This document shows, piece after piece, positions 1 to 10,052 of a stretch of DNA of 17,012 bases; position 1 is the first letter of the stretch, and every line of letters begins with the position of its first letter. The translations under genes and the position numbers were made by a program. Source of the DNA: an uncultured Christensenella sp. (lineage in GTDB: Bacteria > Bacillota > Clostridia > Christensenellales > UBA1242). The notes under the pieces are model-generated. The model was not told the DNA's origin, ran no database searches, and saw only the letters and a list, made by a program, of their open reading frames with translations. The DNA is taken from the NCBI GenBank assembly GCA_949294585.1, contig CASFHZ010000047.1, positions 1 through 17,012 on the forward strand, in the 5' to 3' direction.

Positions 1-31
1 ACCTTATCAATTGATAAGGTTATTTTTTATT
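1..31. terminator. Perfect 20-bp palindrome (ACCTTATCAATTGATAAGGT) followed by a T-run. Likely an intrinsic terminator, possibly bidirectional, just 3' of the giant minus-strand gene.
   Basis: Bases 1-10 are the exact reverse complement of 11-20, giving an 8-bp stem with an AATT loop. On the plus strand it is followed by TATTTTTTATT (21-31). The stop codon of the 45..7562 gene sits 14 bp away. The window edge prevents seeing the minus-strand U-tract. Confidence 0.4.
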
Positions 32-44
32 GAATAGATTTTAT

Positions 45-3000
45 CTATTTAATTTTCATTCTCTTTCTTAGAAGAATAAATAGAATTGTTAGTCCAACAA
101 CTACAACTGATACAACAACAATTACAATAATTGAAACTGTGTTTAGTGGTTCATTTTTTATAACTCTGTATGAGTATAACAATTTTCCACTTTCTGAATA
201 TAGTTGAATATAATATGTGTTTGCATTTTCTAATGAGATTTGATAACTTGGGTTAATTGTCCCTTGTTCAAGTAGGTCACTGCTTATGTGCAAATCACTG
301 TAACCCGTTATTTTTAATACGCAATCACCAACATCTTCAATTAAATCACTTGTGTTAAATGAAACAATGATAGGTGAGGTTGTTGCTTTATTTTCTGCTA
401 TTGAAACAGATATTGGAGCAGTTGTGTTGTTTATCCAGAAACTGAATGTAAATTCTTGATTAAATTCATTCCCTGTATTAATTGTAACTGTGTATCTTCC
501 AGCACCTGTTAATGCATCGTATATTGATATTAAGAAATTCTTTAAATATGGTTTTAGTGAAGGTGAACCATCACTGTTTTGAACTGTTTTATATGTTAAA
601 TTACCCATATTTTCATTTGTCAATTGACTTGTTATGTCTTCATCGTTTTTGATTATTTTTGTTACATAATAATCAGCATATTCAGAAAACTCAAAAGCCC
701 ATCTTGATTCATTAGGTCTTATAATTAAGAAATAGGTTGGTTCTTCATTTATTTTTGTTACATTTCCATCAACTGTTACAGAAGCACTAAACCAAACTTT
801 GTATAGTCCTGTTTCTGTAAACAAGTAACTTCTGTTGTCACTGTCAATTGAAGGGGTGTAAGCAACACCATTTCTAAGAGCAGAAAGTTTTGGCTGAGCA
901 TTAGAATCATAGTATTTTGATGTTGAACTTGGAATATTAATTCTAACCTCACTGTCATACACTGCATTGTTTATTGGAGATTCCCCATTAACTGTGAATA
1001 TAACACTTCTTAGATATCTAATTGTGTAGGTACTATTTGATGAATCAAACATATGAACATTGCCAGCCAAATCACTAAATGTTAAATAGTATGTTCCAGA
1101 TGTTGTTAGAGTTATTATTGTTAAGTCATTGCTTATTTCTGTTTTTGGAGTGTATATGGTTTGATTATCACCAAAGTAAATTGTTACATTAACTTTGTTT
1201 TCTGGAATACCATAATAAGACTTCCAAGCAATGCGTTTATATGAAGAAGTGTTTTCCTCAATGCTAACAACAAATGATGACATTGTGCCACTTAGTGCTG
1301 TTCGTGTACCTTCGTTTGTGTAGTGTGAATAATTGGACAATATATTGTTTGTGTATGGAACAACAGTAATTGCAATTGTCCTTGTAAAGTAAGTGTTTGA
1401 ACCCACATCGTTTCCAACATTTGTTAGGTAATAGATATATGTTGTGTAACCATTAACAACAACAGGTGAAGGAACTGGTTCTTTTATGCCTTGTTCGGTG
1501 TTGTATAAAATTTCGAACTCTGTTGTGTTTAAAATATAGTGTGTTTGTATTGAATTTGTTAAATTGCCTTCGGTGTAGGTGAAAGAACTACCTGTTGCTT
1601 CTGCATAATATGTTTCACCATTAACTTTGTAAACAACTTTATAGAAATCTTCATCGTTGTCAGATATTGTAAAGTCTAGGTATGTGTCATATTGACTATC
1701 TGTGAACAAATTTGTGTATTTTATTATTAATGTATATGTTGCTGGGTTAGAAACAACTTTTCCAGAAGATATTTGTTCAATAGTGCAATCTTCATATTGA
1801 AGGAATACAGAGCAATTAAATCTTCCAACATCTTGTCTGAATGTTATTTTTATTTCATTGCCATACATTGTGCCTTTGTCGAACAAACCATTTTGGTTGT
1901 CGTTTTCTATTCCATAAAGTGTAATGTTTGGAATAATGTTGTAGGTTACAAAATTGATTGTTCTGTATGGTAAGCCCGAACTTATGTTTTCAATTGCTTC
2001 ATAAATATCAAGTTTAAAGAATATTTCTCCACCAATAATTCCTTCTGCCATATCTTGCTCTGCTTCGTACATAACAATTGTATAAACAACAGAATCGCCT
2101 GTTGGAATTAAAAGTTTTCCATAACCAGAAGCATTAAATGCATTAATTCCTGATTGTTTTGACAAATCAAATAGTTGAGAAGTGTATGATGTTGTTACTG
2201 TTAAAATAACATTATCTTTTGCACTGTTGTATTTAAACCTTATTTCTTTTGTTGAGTAATAATATTGATTTCCGTTTTCATATGTTTCAATAATGTCAAC
2301 ACTGCTGTACATTTCATTATCTATTTTTTCTGAGCCATAAATGTTTGTTATTGGATATGTGTCCGAGAAGTTATCCGTTACGATGTATTTATAAAATCTG
2401 TTTGGTGTAGGGGAGTTGACAATTATTTTTAGGTAGGTGCCTCCCATATAGTTTACATAACTTGAAGAAATTAAACTTGTGTTAACCAAATTTTGATTTG
2501 GTGTTTTAAAATATGTGTCCGAATTGTTTGAATATATTATTTCTTCTGTGTATGAGTTATCTCCATTTTTTATAAATTGAGTGATTTTTACATCAACTGC
2601 ATAAATGAGTGCATCGGATTCTGAACTTGAACTTGGGATTTTAATTAAAATACCTTCTTGATTTGAATATGTTGATGTTGAACTTGTGTGAATAACAGAA
2701 AGTGAAGTATTTAGAACAGATGCAGAAAGTGTTATTGTGTTATAGAATGGAACAAGTCCAATTACTATATTTTGCTTTTGACTATTTGCTAAAAGTGTTG
2801 CAAATTCTGTTAAATCAACTGCACTTTTTGTTGGGTTTGTTGGGTCATAAGTTGTAAGGTTATAATATTTGCTATTTGAATATGGCGTTTTTAAATATGA
2901 AGTGCCATTTACTGTTATTCTATTCCAATCAAATCCCATCATATCAACTTTTGTTAGTTGCATCGAACTCTTTGCAAATATGTCAATATTAGAATTTAAT

Positions 3001-6000
3001 TGATTATAGAAAATGTAATTTTGTTCATTGTTGTTTAGGTATTGAATAGGTGACAGGTTTGTGTCGGCAAGGGCATTTACATTTGTTAGGTATATTGTGT
3101 AAATGGTTATGTTGCCAGCCAAATCTTTTTCAACAATTTCAATATATTTGTTGTAACTATTTTGGTTGCTTAACAGTTCTGTTAATTTCATTTCATCTAA
3201 TGTGTCAAAATTATTAGTTGAATTTTCCACTGCACTTGGTGATGTTTCTTGTGTGTAGATATCATTGTATTTGGTGTTTACAATATTTCCATTAACTGTT
3301 GTTTCAAAAAATCTGTAAAGAATTGTGTAAGCATCTCCGTTTAAACTTGATGTTAAATCAATCAAATCTCTAATGTTGCTTGCATCAACGGAATAAGCAT
3401 AGTATTTATAAAGTCCAGAAGCAACAGAAGTGTTGTATTTTTGTTGTACATTTCTTAAAAGATTTTCATTTATTCCCGTTAAAGAAACCAATGTGTTTAT
3501 ATTTTTTGTTGGAGCAACTGTGTCAACAACAATTGTTCTTGTTGTTTTAAATTTTCCTGCATTATAATCTGATTCTTTTCCCTCAAATTGCATTGTTATT
3601 GAAATAACTGAATCATTATTGTATGCACCAATATCTGTTAAACTTAAATCAACATAATTATATCTATCATTTGTTTGAATAGAATCGGGATTTATTGTTT
3701 TTGATTCGCCACCATTAACAGAATAGGTTATGGCTGATTTATTGATTATTGACATAAACTCGTTTGAAGAATCTGTCCAAGCAAGTCTTATTGTTTCTTG
3801 ATTTGTGTAATAGTTGTTATTTGCGTATTTTAACTCTTCATTGTTTGTTGGGTTTAAAACTTCAAAAGATGGTTCTTCCTCTGTTATTCTAAACATAAAA
3901 CTAAATGAGTTTGCACCATATGGCAAATAGCCTTGTTCAATTGTAACTTTGTAATAACCAATTTCGGTGAATGTTATTCCCGATTTTTCTGGTTCATCAT
4001 AGAATTTTAGGTAACCGTTAGAACCAACAGAGCTATAATAGATTTTTGAAGGTTGGTCTATGTTTGAAAGTTCAAAACTATATCTAATTTCTGCATTTAA
4101 TGCATATGATTGAATAACACTGTTGCTAACATCTGATGGGTTATATGAGTTAATACTGTTTTCTGTGTTAAATGTTCCACCATCTGTTAATGAATATCCA
4201 TATTTAACAACTGGAATGTAAACGAAAACAGGAAGTTTGTTTGTTTCAAGAATTACTGTGTTTTCTGCTGAGTTGTTGCTTGCAATGTATATGTCCTCAA
4301 AAAACATTTTGTTGTCTTCTTCAAGAACTTGAATCTTAATTGATTCTCCAACATAACTATATGTGCTTGAACTTTCATCAACAACAACAGGTGAGGTTAT
4401 TATTCCGTTTCTGTCAACTATAAATGTTAATGTTCTTATCATATAGTCCAAACTTCCACTAACTTTGTTTTGCGTTCCTGTCATATTGCAGTATGTTCTT
4501 GTTATTGTATATTTTCCTGCTTTTGTTTGATAGGAGTTTGTTTTTGGATTGTACTCTTTGTTTATTTCCCAAATATACATACTATTTTCTTGTGTTAGTG
4601 ATTTGTTTTCATTTGGATTGCTTCTTGAATAAATTGTATATTCTTCGCTAGATTCAACAAATTGATATGTGTATGCAGAACTTGTATCATTTGTTATGTT
4701 TTTGCTTGCAAATTCGCTAAACTTATAAGTTATTGATTCAACTTCAATTATTCCTTCTTCTGGAACAGGATTAAACATTAATTTAAGAATTTCATTGCTG
4801 TCTTTTAATGTGTTAATTGTTGTTGGAATATAGAATTTATCTTTTTTAGTGTAATTTGTTTCAAGGTCAATTGATGCTTCTGGATTATATGCATCTTGAC
4901 TTAAATAGGTTTGTTGATTGTTTTTTGTGTAAATTAATTCGGTTAGTGATGCATCAAAAGATATTTTTAAACTATGTGTTCCTGAATAATTTTTTAGATA
5001 GTTATTAACTGATATTTCATCTTGACCTAATATTGTTTTTGTGTTTACTGAATCTCTTATGTAGAAATTGTATTCATTTTCTTGCTTGTCGTTAATAACA
5101 TAAGAATAATTGTTTTCTTCTGTTCCTTGAATAAATTTACTAACACCGTTTATTGAAAGCAAGACATTTGTGTTTATCTCTGATATAGTAAAGCAGGTGT
5201 TAACTGTGTTTATTGACATTGTTGTGAAGTATTTACTAAAAATGTCCGTTGTGTCAAAAACATTTTTTAACCATTCATCTGCAATATTGAAATTTCCACC
5301 TGCATATGATAGATTATTGAATTTTATAACTTTATATCTACCCCAAGAAACAGTTACATCAGATGATAATATATTAAGTTCACTTGGTTCAACATATTCT
5401 CCATTAACTTCTTGTAATATTTTTGCACTTGTTGTGTCTATTATAAACGAAAAGTATTGTTCATTGCCAGCACTATCTTTTATTCTAAACACATACATTC
5501 CTGCCTCTGTTAAAACATTTGTTGATGGAATATAGTTAAAATCTTTTGAGTTTTGATAGGTTACACTTGTTAGTGTAGTGTTGTTATAATCAAAATAGTA
5601 TTCAACAGGAACAGCATCATAACTGTAATATTGTTTTAACACTGTTGAAGTAAAGTTTGTTGATGTGTCCATAACAAGTGGAATGAATTTGTATTCTGCA
5701 ACAATTTCACTGCCACTTGCTTTGTTGTTCCAAGAAACAGCAACTGCTTGGTTTGTCCAAAAATCTATTTCGTTGTTTCTTGTGTAGTAGTTAGAGTTTT
5801 CAAGTTTTGATACAGCAAATATTTGTATGTTCTCTATATTTATATTATCAATTGTGAATGTTGAAGAGTAACTTCTTGAAAGGTTTTTGCCAAAGTACAT
5901 TGTAACAATATATCTTCCATTTTGTGTTGCAGTAAATTCTTCGTTTGAATTTATTGTTTGAACTTCAACATAATTTCCTGAATAATTGTTTTGCAAATAA

Positions 6001-7562
6001 ACAACCAATTTTGTTTTTGCATTAAAGGTAGATGTAGATGGCTCATCTTTTTTTATAATAACACTTTGATTTGTGTAAGCACCATCAAGAAGAACAGTGT
6101 TATCTTGTGTTTTTATAGACATTTGAGCAGTTTCTTTTGTCAATTCAAAAACAAACCATTGACTAAACAAATGCTCTTCTTCATCATCGCCAATTAATGA
6201 AGTTGGAACAATATCTGTGCTTCCTGTTAGTGATGAGTAGAATTTATAAACAACTTTAACTATGTAAATTCCAGAATCAGTTATTGGTCTGTTGTCATAA
6301 GATTGTTTTGCTGGGAGATTGTCAACAGTGTATTCATTGTTTTCAAGTTTAACTGGGTCAAGTTGCCAATATCCACTTTGGGTGTCAACAACAGTACTAT
6401 TTTCAGAATTAAATATTTCAACATTATATCTAAATTGAACAGGTGCTTGATTTGTTTGTTGTATGCTTAAAGATTTATCACTTATTTTTGCCAAAATATT
6501 GGTTAAATTTGTTTCTTCTGTGTTGTTTAGTGATGTGTGATAACCATTAGTAAGAAAACTTATGTCTGTGTATTCATCATCAATAACTCCGTTTGTGTAA
6601 GTTTTAAATTCTTTTAAATCAGATGTTTCTGAATCTGAATAATACAGTTGATATCCAAAAATTTCCAACATATCAGTTCTTTTGCTGATGTTTGTGCTTG
6701 ATGGGTTAAGGTTATCAACATTATTTCCATAGGTGTAAATGAAATTGTATTTTATTGTGTAAGTGCCAAGGTCATTAAAAATTATTGAAACAAGGTTGTT
6801 GTCTGGATTTTCAACAATCGACACCAAGTTGTTGTCGGTGTTAAGGTTTGTTCCATCAAACCATATATTTTGAGTTTTTGTAACTTTTTGGAATGTTTTT
6901 GTAATTTCAACAGTTATGTTCTTTTTGTTTATTGTTAGGGTAGGTAATAAATTATTTGAGTTGCTATTTTGATAGTTATATTGAAAAACACGGTCGTATA
7001 GTATTGATGAGTTTGAAGGTGAAAAGGCATTGTCGAACTGATATTGAACATAAGTGCCGTTGTAGTAATTTGTTTCCATCAAAACATAATAGGTGTAGTC
7101 AAAAGATTTTGTTGTTTGACTTCCGTTTTCTGTAACAGTGTAATCAAAATGTAGTTCATATTTTCCACAAGGATTTGCACCATTGTCAAAAGTTGATTCA
7201 ATAAGAAGTGAAATTCCGTTATATGTAATTTTTATTCCATTTTGCTCAAGCACTTCATTTGTGTAAGAAGAGCCATTAAATGAAAAATAATATGAAATAT
7301 GCACAATTGGATTTTCACCACTTATGTTTGATTGTGCGTGAAAATCTGCCTTAACAGTTTGTGAATTTGTTACATATGCAACTTCACCATTGCTGATTGA
7401 GGCAATGGCAGACTGTCCCGAATATTGAGTAACAGTAAAATACTCACATTCTGTTTCTGCAAAAACTTCATTTTGCTTTTCAGAAAAAGAACACACGCCA
7501 CAAATGGCAAGTGATAAAATAGCAAAAATAAATAATTTTTTAAATAAACTAAATTTTTTCAT
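45..7562 (-). CDS. Giant surface protein of about 2505 aa, rich in Asn, Thr, Ser and Tyr. It has an N-terminal signal peptide and a C-terminal transmembrane anchor with a KR-rich tail. Putative adhesin or cell-surface protein.
   Basis: The minus-strand ORF is uninterrupted. The maximal ORF starts at 7598, but the ATG at 7562 gives a canonical signal peptide (MKKFSLFKKLFIFAILSLAICGVCS, with a VFA/E cleavage-like site) and is preceded by a GGGGTG Shine-Dalgarno-like stretch. The C-terminus is VSIIVIVVVSVVVVGLTILFILLRKRMKIK, hydrophobic followed by positive residues. There is no LPXTG motif and no obvious internal tandem repeats. The composition is typical of beta-rich surface proteins. Confidence 0.9.
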   Translation of the reverse strand: MKKFSLFKKLFIFAILSLAICGVCSFSEKQNEVFAETECEYFTVTQYSGQSAIASISNGEVAYVTNSQTVKADFHAQSNISGENPIVHISYYFSFNGSSYTNEVLEQNGIKITYNGISLLIESTFDNGANPCGKYELHFDYTVTENGSQTTKSFDYTYYVLMETNYYNGTYVQYQFDNAFSPSNSSILYDRVFQYNYQNSNSNNLLPTLTINKKNITVEITKTFQKVTKTQNIWFDGTNLNTDNNLVSIVENPDNNLVSIIFNDLGTYTIKYNFIYTYGNNVDNLNPSSTNISKRTDMLEIFGYQLYYSDSETSDLKEFKTYTNGVIDDEYTDISFLTNGYHTSLNNTEETNLTNILAKISDKSLSIQQTNQAPVQFRYNVEIFNSENSTVVDTQSGYWQLDPVKLENNEYTVDNLPAKQSYDNRPITDSGIYIVKVVYKFYSSLTGSTDIVPTSLIGDDEEEHLFSQWFVFELTKETAQMSIKTQDNTVLLDGAYTNQSVIIKKDEPSTSTFNAKTKLVVYLQNNYSGNYVEVQTINSNEEFTATQNGRYIVTMYFGKNLSRSYSSTFTIDNINIENIQIFAVSKLENSNYYTRNNEIDFWTNQAVAVSWNNKASGSEIVAEYKFIPLVMDTSTNFTSTVLKQYYSYDAVPVEYYFDYNNTTLTSVTYQNSKDFNYIPSTNVLTEAGMYVFRIKDSAGNEQYFSFIIDTTSAKILQEVNGEYVEPSELNILSSDVTVSWGRYKVIKFNNLSYAGGNFNIADEWLKNVFDTTDIFSKYFTTMSINTVNTCFTISEINTNVLLSINGVSKFIQGTEENNYSYVINDKQENEYNFYIRDSVNTKTILGQDEISVNNYLKNYSGTHSLKISFDASLTELIYTKNNQQTYLSQDAYNPEASIDLETNYTKKDKFYIPTTINTLKDSNEILKLMFNPVPEEGIIEVESITYKFSEFASKNITNDTSSAYTYQFVESSEEYTIYSRSNPNENKSLTQENSMYIWEINKEYNPKTNSYQTKAGKYTITRTYCNMTGTQNKVSGSLDYMIRTLTFIVDRNGIITSPVVVDESSSTYSYVGESIKIQVLEEDNKMFFEDIYIASNNSAENTVILETNKLPVFVYIPVVKYGYSLTDGGTFNTENSINSYNPSDVSNSVIQSYALNAEIRYSFELSNIDQPSKIYYSSVGSNGYLKFYDEPEKSGITFTEIGYYKVTIEQGYLPYGANSFSFMFRITEEEPSFEVLNPTNNEELKYANNNYYTNQETIRLAWTDSSNEFMSIINKSAITYSVNGGESKTINPDSIQTNDRYNYVDLSLTDIGAYNNDSVISITMQFEGKESDYNAGKFKTTRTIVVDTVAPTKNINTLVSLTGINENLLRNVQQKYNTSVASGLYKYYAYSVDASNIRDLIDLTSSLNGDAYTILYRFFETTVNGNIVNTKYNDIYTQETSPSAVENSTNNFDTLDEMKLTELLSNQNSYNKYIEIVEKDLAGNITIYTIYLTNVNALADTNLSPIQYLNNNEQNYIFYNQLNSNIDIFAKSSMQLTKVDMMGFDWNRITVNGTSYLKTPYSNSKYYNLTTYDPTNPTKSAVDLTEFATLLANSQKQNIVIGLVPFYNTITLSASVLNTSLSVIHTSSTSTYSNQEGILIKIPSSSSESDALIYAVDVKITQFIKNGDNSYTEEIIYSNNSDTYFKTPNQNLVNTSLISSSYVNYMGGTYLKIIVNSPTPNRFYKYIVTDNFSDTYPITNIYGSEKIDNEMYSSVDIIETYENGNQYYYSTKEIRFKYNSAKDNVILTVTTSYTSQLFDLSKQSGINAFNASGYGKLLIPTGDSVVYTIVMYEAEQDMAEGIIGGEIFFKLDIYEAIENISSGLPYRTINFVTYNIIPNITLYGIENDNQNGLFDKGTMYGNEIKITFRQDVGRFNCSVFLQYEDCTIEQISSGKVVSNPATYTLIIKYTNLFTDSQYDTYLDFTISDNDEDFYKVVYKVNGETYYAEATGSSFTYTEGNLTNSIQTHYILNTTEFEILYNTEQGIKEPVPSPVVVNGYTTYIYYLTNVGNDVGSNTYFTRTIAITVVPYTNNILSNYSHYTNEGTRTALSGTMSSFVVSIEENTSSYKRIAWKSYYGIPENKVNVTIYFGDNQTIYTPKTEISNDLTIITLTTSGTYYLTFSDLAGNVHMFDSSNSTYTIRYLRSVIFTVNGESPINNAVYDSEVRINIPSSTSKYYDSNAQPKLSALRNGVAYTPSIDSDNRSYLFTETGLYKVWFSASVTVDGNVTKINEEPTYFLIIRPNESRWAFEFSEYADYYVTKIIKNDEDITSQLTNENMGNLTYKTVQNSDGSPSLKPYLKNFLISIYDALTGAGRYTVTINTGNEFNQEFTFSFWINNTTAPISVSIAENKATTSPIIVSFNTSDLIEDVGDCVLKITGYSDLHISSDLLEQGTINPSYQISLENANTYYIQLYSESGKLLYSYRVIKNEPLNTVSIIVIVVVSVVVVGLTILFILLRKRMKIK

Positions 7563-7722
7563 AAAACACCCCATAATAATCATTAAAAATATTAGCATAT
7601 TTTTTGTGTTTTTACAAATATATTGTGTATATTTATTTAATAATTATTTTTATATATAACATAAATAATAAAAAATTAATAATATTAGTTATAATAAATA
7701 AAAAAACTATTATTATTGCAAC

Positions 7723-7786
7723 AAAAAAAAGAATATATCAAAGGTGAGATTAACCTCAAAAGTGATATATTCTTTTCATTTTTTTT
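7723..7786 (-). terminator. Rho-independent terminator between the T4CP gene and the giant gene. The hairpin is flanked by A8 and T8 runs, so it could act in both directions.
   Basis: The sequence is AAAAGAATATATCA (7727-7740), a 22-nt loop, then TGATATATTCTTTT (7763-7776), forming a perfect 14-bp AT-rich stem. It is preceded by AAAAAAAA (7723-7730) and followed by TTTTTTTT (7779-7786). It lies 5 bp downstream of the T4CP stop codon (7791-7793) on the minus strand. Confidence 0.5.
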
Positions 7787-7790
7787 ATTA

Positions 7791-9758
7791 TTAAAAATCA
7801 AAATCATCAAAAATATTTTTCTTGAATATTTTGGCATTTCTTTTCTTAATATCATAAAATATTTTTCTTTCATCTAAATGCTTTGATGGAGCATATTCTT
7901 CAGATGCTTTTCTTTGGTCCAAAACAGGATTTTTGAAGTATTGTGTCATTTTTGTCTTAATTGGAGGTCTGCCATATATTTTTACAATATTAACATCAAA
8001 TGGCAATTGTCCCAACTCATATGGTTCAATTAATGGCCTTGTAACAATTTGTGTTCCAACAGTTTTGGATTTATCTTTGTCATTTTTCTCAGAACGATTT
8101 TCTGAAACATTCTGAGTTTTTAATGTAACTTCGCCACACATTTTAGAAAATTCTTCTCTTGTTTTTTGGTCCTCTGTTCCAATAAATATTTGAATATTAC
8201 AGTTTCCTTTAATTGTGTCTGCAACTTCTTTTGTGTATTTATTGTCCAATTGACTATATGATTGAATTGCCAATTCAAAGAAAATTCTTCTTGAACGAGC
8301 AACTGTTATTATTGTGTCCATCTTTTCAATTTTTGGCAAGTTTGCAAACTCATCAAGCAAGAAGTAAACAGGTCGGTCCAATTGCAAATTTGGTTTTTGT
8401 GATGCTGTGTCAATTAATGTTTTATACATTTGAGAAATACACATTGTTGCAATGCTGTGTCTGCTTTCTTTTTCATCTGGAACTTTTATAAACAACACTG
8501 TTGGCTTTTCTGTGAAGTCTTCAAACGAAACATCTGTTGCACTTGTGCAATAACAAATACCCATATCTTGAAAAACTGCAATTTTTGGTTGCAAAACACC
8601 AAGGTAAGAACGGGTTGTGTTTGGTGCGTTGTTAACAACAGTGCTTGTTAGGGCAGGTACTTTTGACAACACATCTCTTCCACTTGTGTATTGTTGCAAG
8701 GTTTTCATCATATTGTCACCATCGGTGTCACGATGTGTTGCAATTTTTACAAGGTTATAAAAATTAAACTTTTCTCTTGTCATTCCAAGTTCTGGGTCCA
8801 AACTATCTTCAAGCATAGCAAGCATAAGTCCAAACAAAAAGTCCTGAGCACCTCTTTCCCAGCCTTGGTCGGTTTTACTTTCAACTGTTACAATTGTGCT
8901 TGCAATTTCACGAAGTTCGTTTTCAGCCTCATTGATTAAAGATTGTTTTTTTGCTTCAAGGTCTTGCATTAATCTATCTTTTGTTGGGTATGCAATTTTG
9001 TTGAAGCCATACCACACATTTCCATATGTGTCAGATATAATTCTGTAACCACCAACATCTTTTGGGTTTGAATTTTTGTAAACTTTAACTTCTTCTTCAA
9101 GATGGTGTGCTCTTGTGTACATAACAAATGCGTGGTCCATTGGATTCCATCTTGTTGAAGAATATGGATTACGAAGGTCAATTGTGATTATTCTGTAACC
9201 CTCTTCACGAAGTTGAATAGAGTGGTTATTATACAGTTCGCCTTTTGGGTCGGTTATAACCATACAAGGTTTTTCTGCCGAGTGAGCATATACTCTTATT
9301 GCTGGGTCCAAAACAAAAGTTGTTTTACCAGAACCTGTTGTTCCAATAATAAGAGTGTGAATAGGGTTATACATATTGATGTACATTTTGCCATTTTTGT
9401 ATAAACTTCTAATCATAACTCCAGTTTTTTTAAGTTTTGGAAGTTGGTTAAATGTTGTTGGCATATATGCCTGGTCAGTTAATAACTCTTGTTCAGAAAC
9501 AAAACGAGCTTCATAGTGCTGAGCCATTTTTTCACCAGTTTGAGTTTTTCCCGTAAAACCTTCAGTGTCCGTTGTTGTGCTTTTTGATGATGAAACCATA
9601 TACAAAATAACAGCAAGAATACCAAGTCCAAAAATAACGAGAGCTGTTGTGCTACTTAGTGCTTGCACAAAATCAATCTCTTCAATTAACATTGATGCAA
9701 CAACACCAACGATGTATGCAATTAAAGCAAAAATTATGGTGTTTCTAAATTTTTTCAT
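7791..9758 (-). CDS. Type IV secretion coupling protein (T4CP), TraG/TraD/VirD4 family, about 655 aa.
   Basis: There are two N-terminal TM helices (IIFALIAYIVGVVASMLI and ALVIFGLGILAVILYMV). Then comes Walker A (IIGTTGSGKTT), the family-typical ITDPKGE motif, and Walker B (VYFLLDEFANLPKI). The ATG at 9758 is preceded by GGAGG with a 5-nt spacer. The longer ORF back to 9785 would begin at a GTG with no RBS. These are established VirD4/TraG signatures. Confidence 0.9.
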   Translation of the reverse strand: MKKFRNTIIFALIAYIVGVVASMLIEEIDFVQALSSTTALVIFGLGILAVILYMVSSSKSTTTDTEGFTGKTQTGEKMAQHYEARFVSEQELLTDQAYMPTTFNQLPKLKKTGVMIRSLYKNGKMYINMYNPIHTLIIGTTGSGKTTFVLDPAIRVYAHSAEKPCMVITDPKGELYNNHSIQLREEGYRIITIDLRNPYSSTRWNPMDHAFVMYTRAHHLEEEVKVYKNSNPKDVGGYRIISDTYGNVWYGFNKIAYPTKDRLMQDLEAKKQSLINEAENELREIASTIVTVESKTDQGWERGAQDFLFGLMLAMLEDSLDPELGMTREKFNFYNLVKIATHRDTDGDNMMKTLQQYTSGRDVLSKVPALTSTVVNNAPNTTRSYLGVLQPKIAVFQDMGICYCTSATDVSFEDFTEKPTVLFIKVPDEKESRHSIATMCISQMYKTLIDTASQKPNLQLDRPVYFLLDEFANLPKIEKMDTIITVARSRRIFFELAIQSYSQLDNKYTKEVADTIKGNCNIQIFIGTEDQKTREEFSKMCGEVTLKTQNVSENRSEKNDKDKSKTVGTQIVTRPLIEPYELGQLPFDVNIVKIYGRPPIKTKMTQYFKNPVLDQRKASEEYAPSKHLDERKIFYDIKKRNAKIFKKNIFDDFDF

Positions 9759-10023
9759 TAATTCCTCCAAAATTAAATTTAACACACAGTGCTATTTTTT
9801 CTTTTACTTTTTTATTGTACTTAATATAAAAATATAAGTCAATTAAAAAATACTTTTTCGTTGCTAGTAAATTATTAATAAGAAACTAAGTAATTGTATT
9901 TTTTTCTATGTTAATATTATAATCACAGTGCAATAAATTTATTTTTTATTTAAAATGTTTTTTTACAATTTAATATTTTTTAAATAAAAATAAAAAAAAT
10001 TAAAAAAAATATTAAAAAATGTT

Positions 10024-10052
10024 TTGCGATTAATAAAATATGTGCTATCATA
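10024..10052 (+). promoter_or_regulatory. Candidate sigma-70-type promoter for the plus-strand membrane-protein genes.
   Basis: TTGCGA (10024-10029), then a 16-nt spacer, then TATCAT. It lies in the 342-bp divergent intergenic region. The surrounding AT-richness makes several alternative hexamers possible. Confidence 0.25.

Noticed and set aside
776-6197. Track ORFs lying inside the giant gene on either strand: 776..967, 1773..1973, 5170..5535 and 5991..6197.
   Set aside because: They are embedded within the uninterrupted 7.5-kb minus-strand ORF, either on the opposite strand or out of frame. Their translations are low-complexity, rich in F, L, I, C and V. They have no RBS and are typical frame artefacts of AT-rich coding DNA.
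7563-7598. The N-terminal extension MLIFLMIIMGCF of the giant protein (track start 7598).
   Set aside because: No Shine-Dalgarno sequence lies upstream of 7598, and the extension would bury the signal peptide. The ATG at 7562 gives a canonical K-rich n-region followed by a hydrophobic signal peptide, and has a GGGG-containing RBS.
7599-7722. A minus-strand promoter for the giant gene.
   Set aside because: The region is more than 90% A+T with many partial -10 and -35 look-alikes. No hexamer pair with convincing spacing could be singled out, so no call was made.
7933-9837. Multiple 60-92-aa ORFs overlapping the T4CP gene, for example 7933..8115, 8213..8491, 8430..8651, 8691..8939, 9213..9404 and 9565..9837.
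   Set aside because: All overlap the well-supported T4CP coding sequence with its conserved motifs. Their translations are Cys, Phe and Leu-rich nonsense. No RBS is present.
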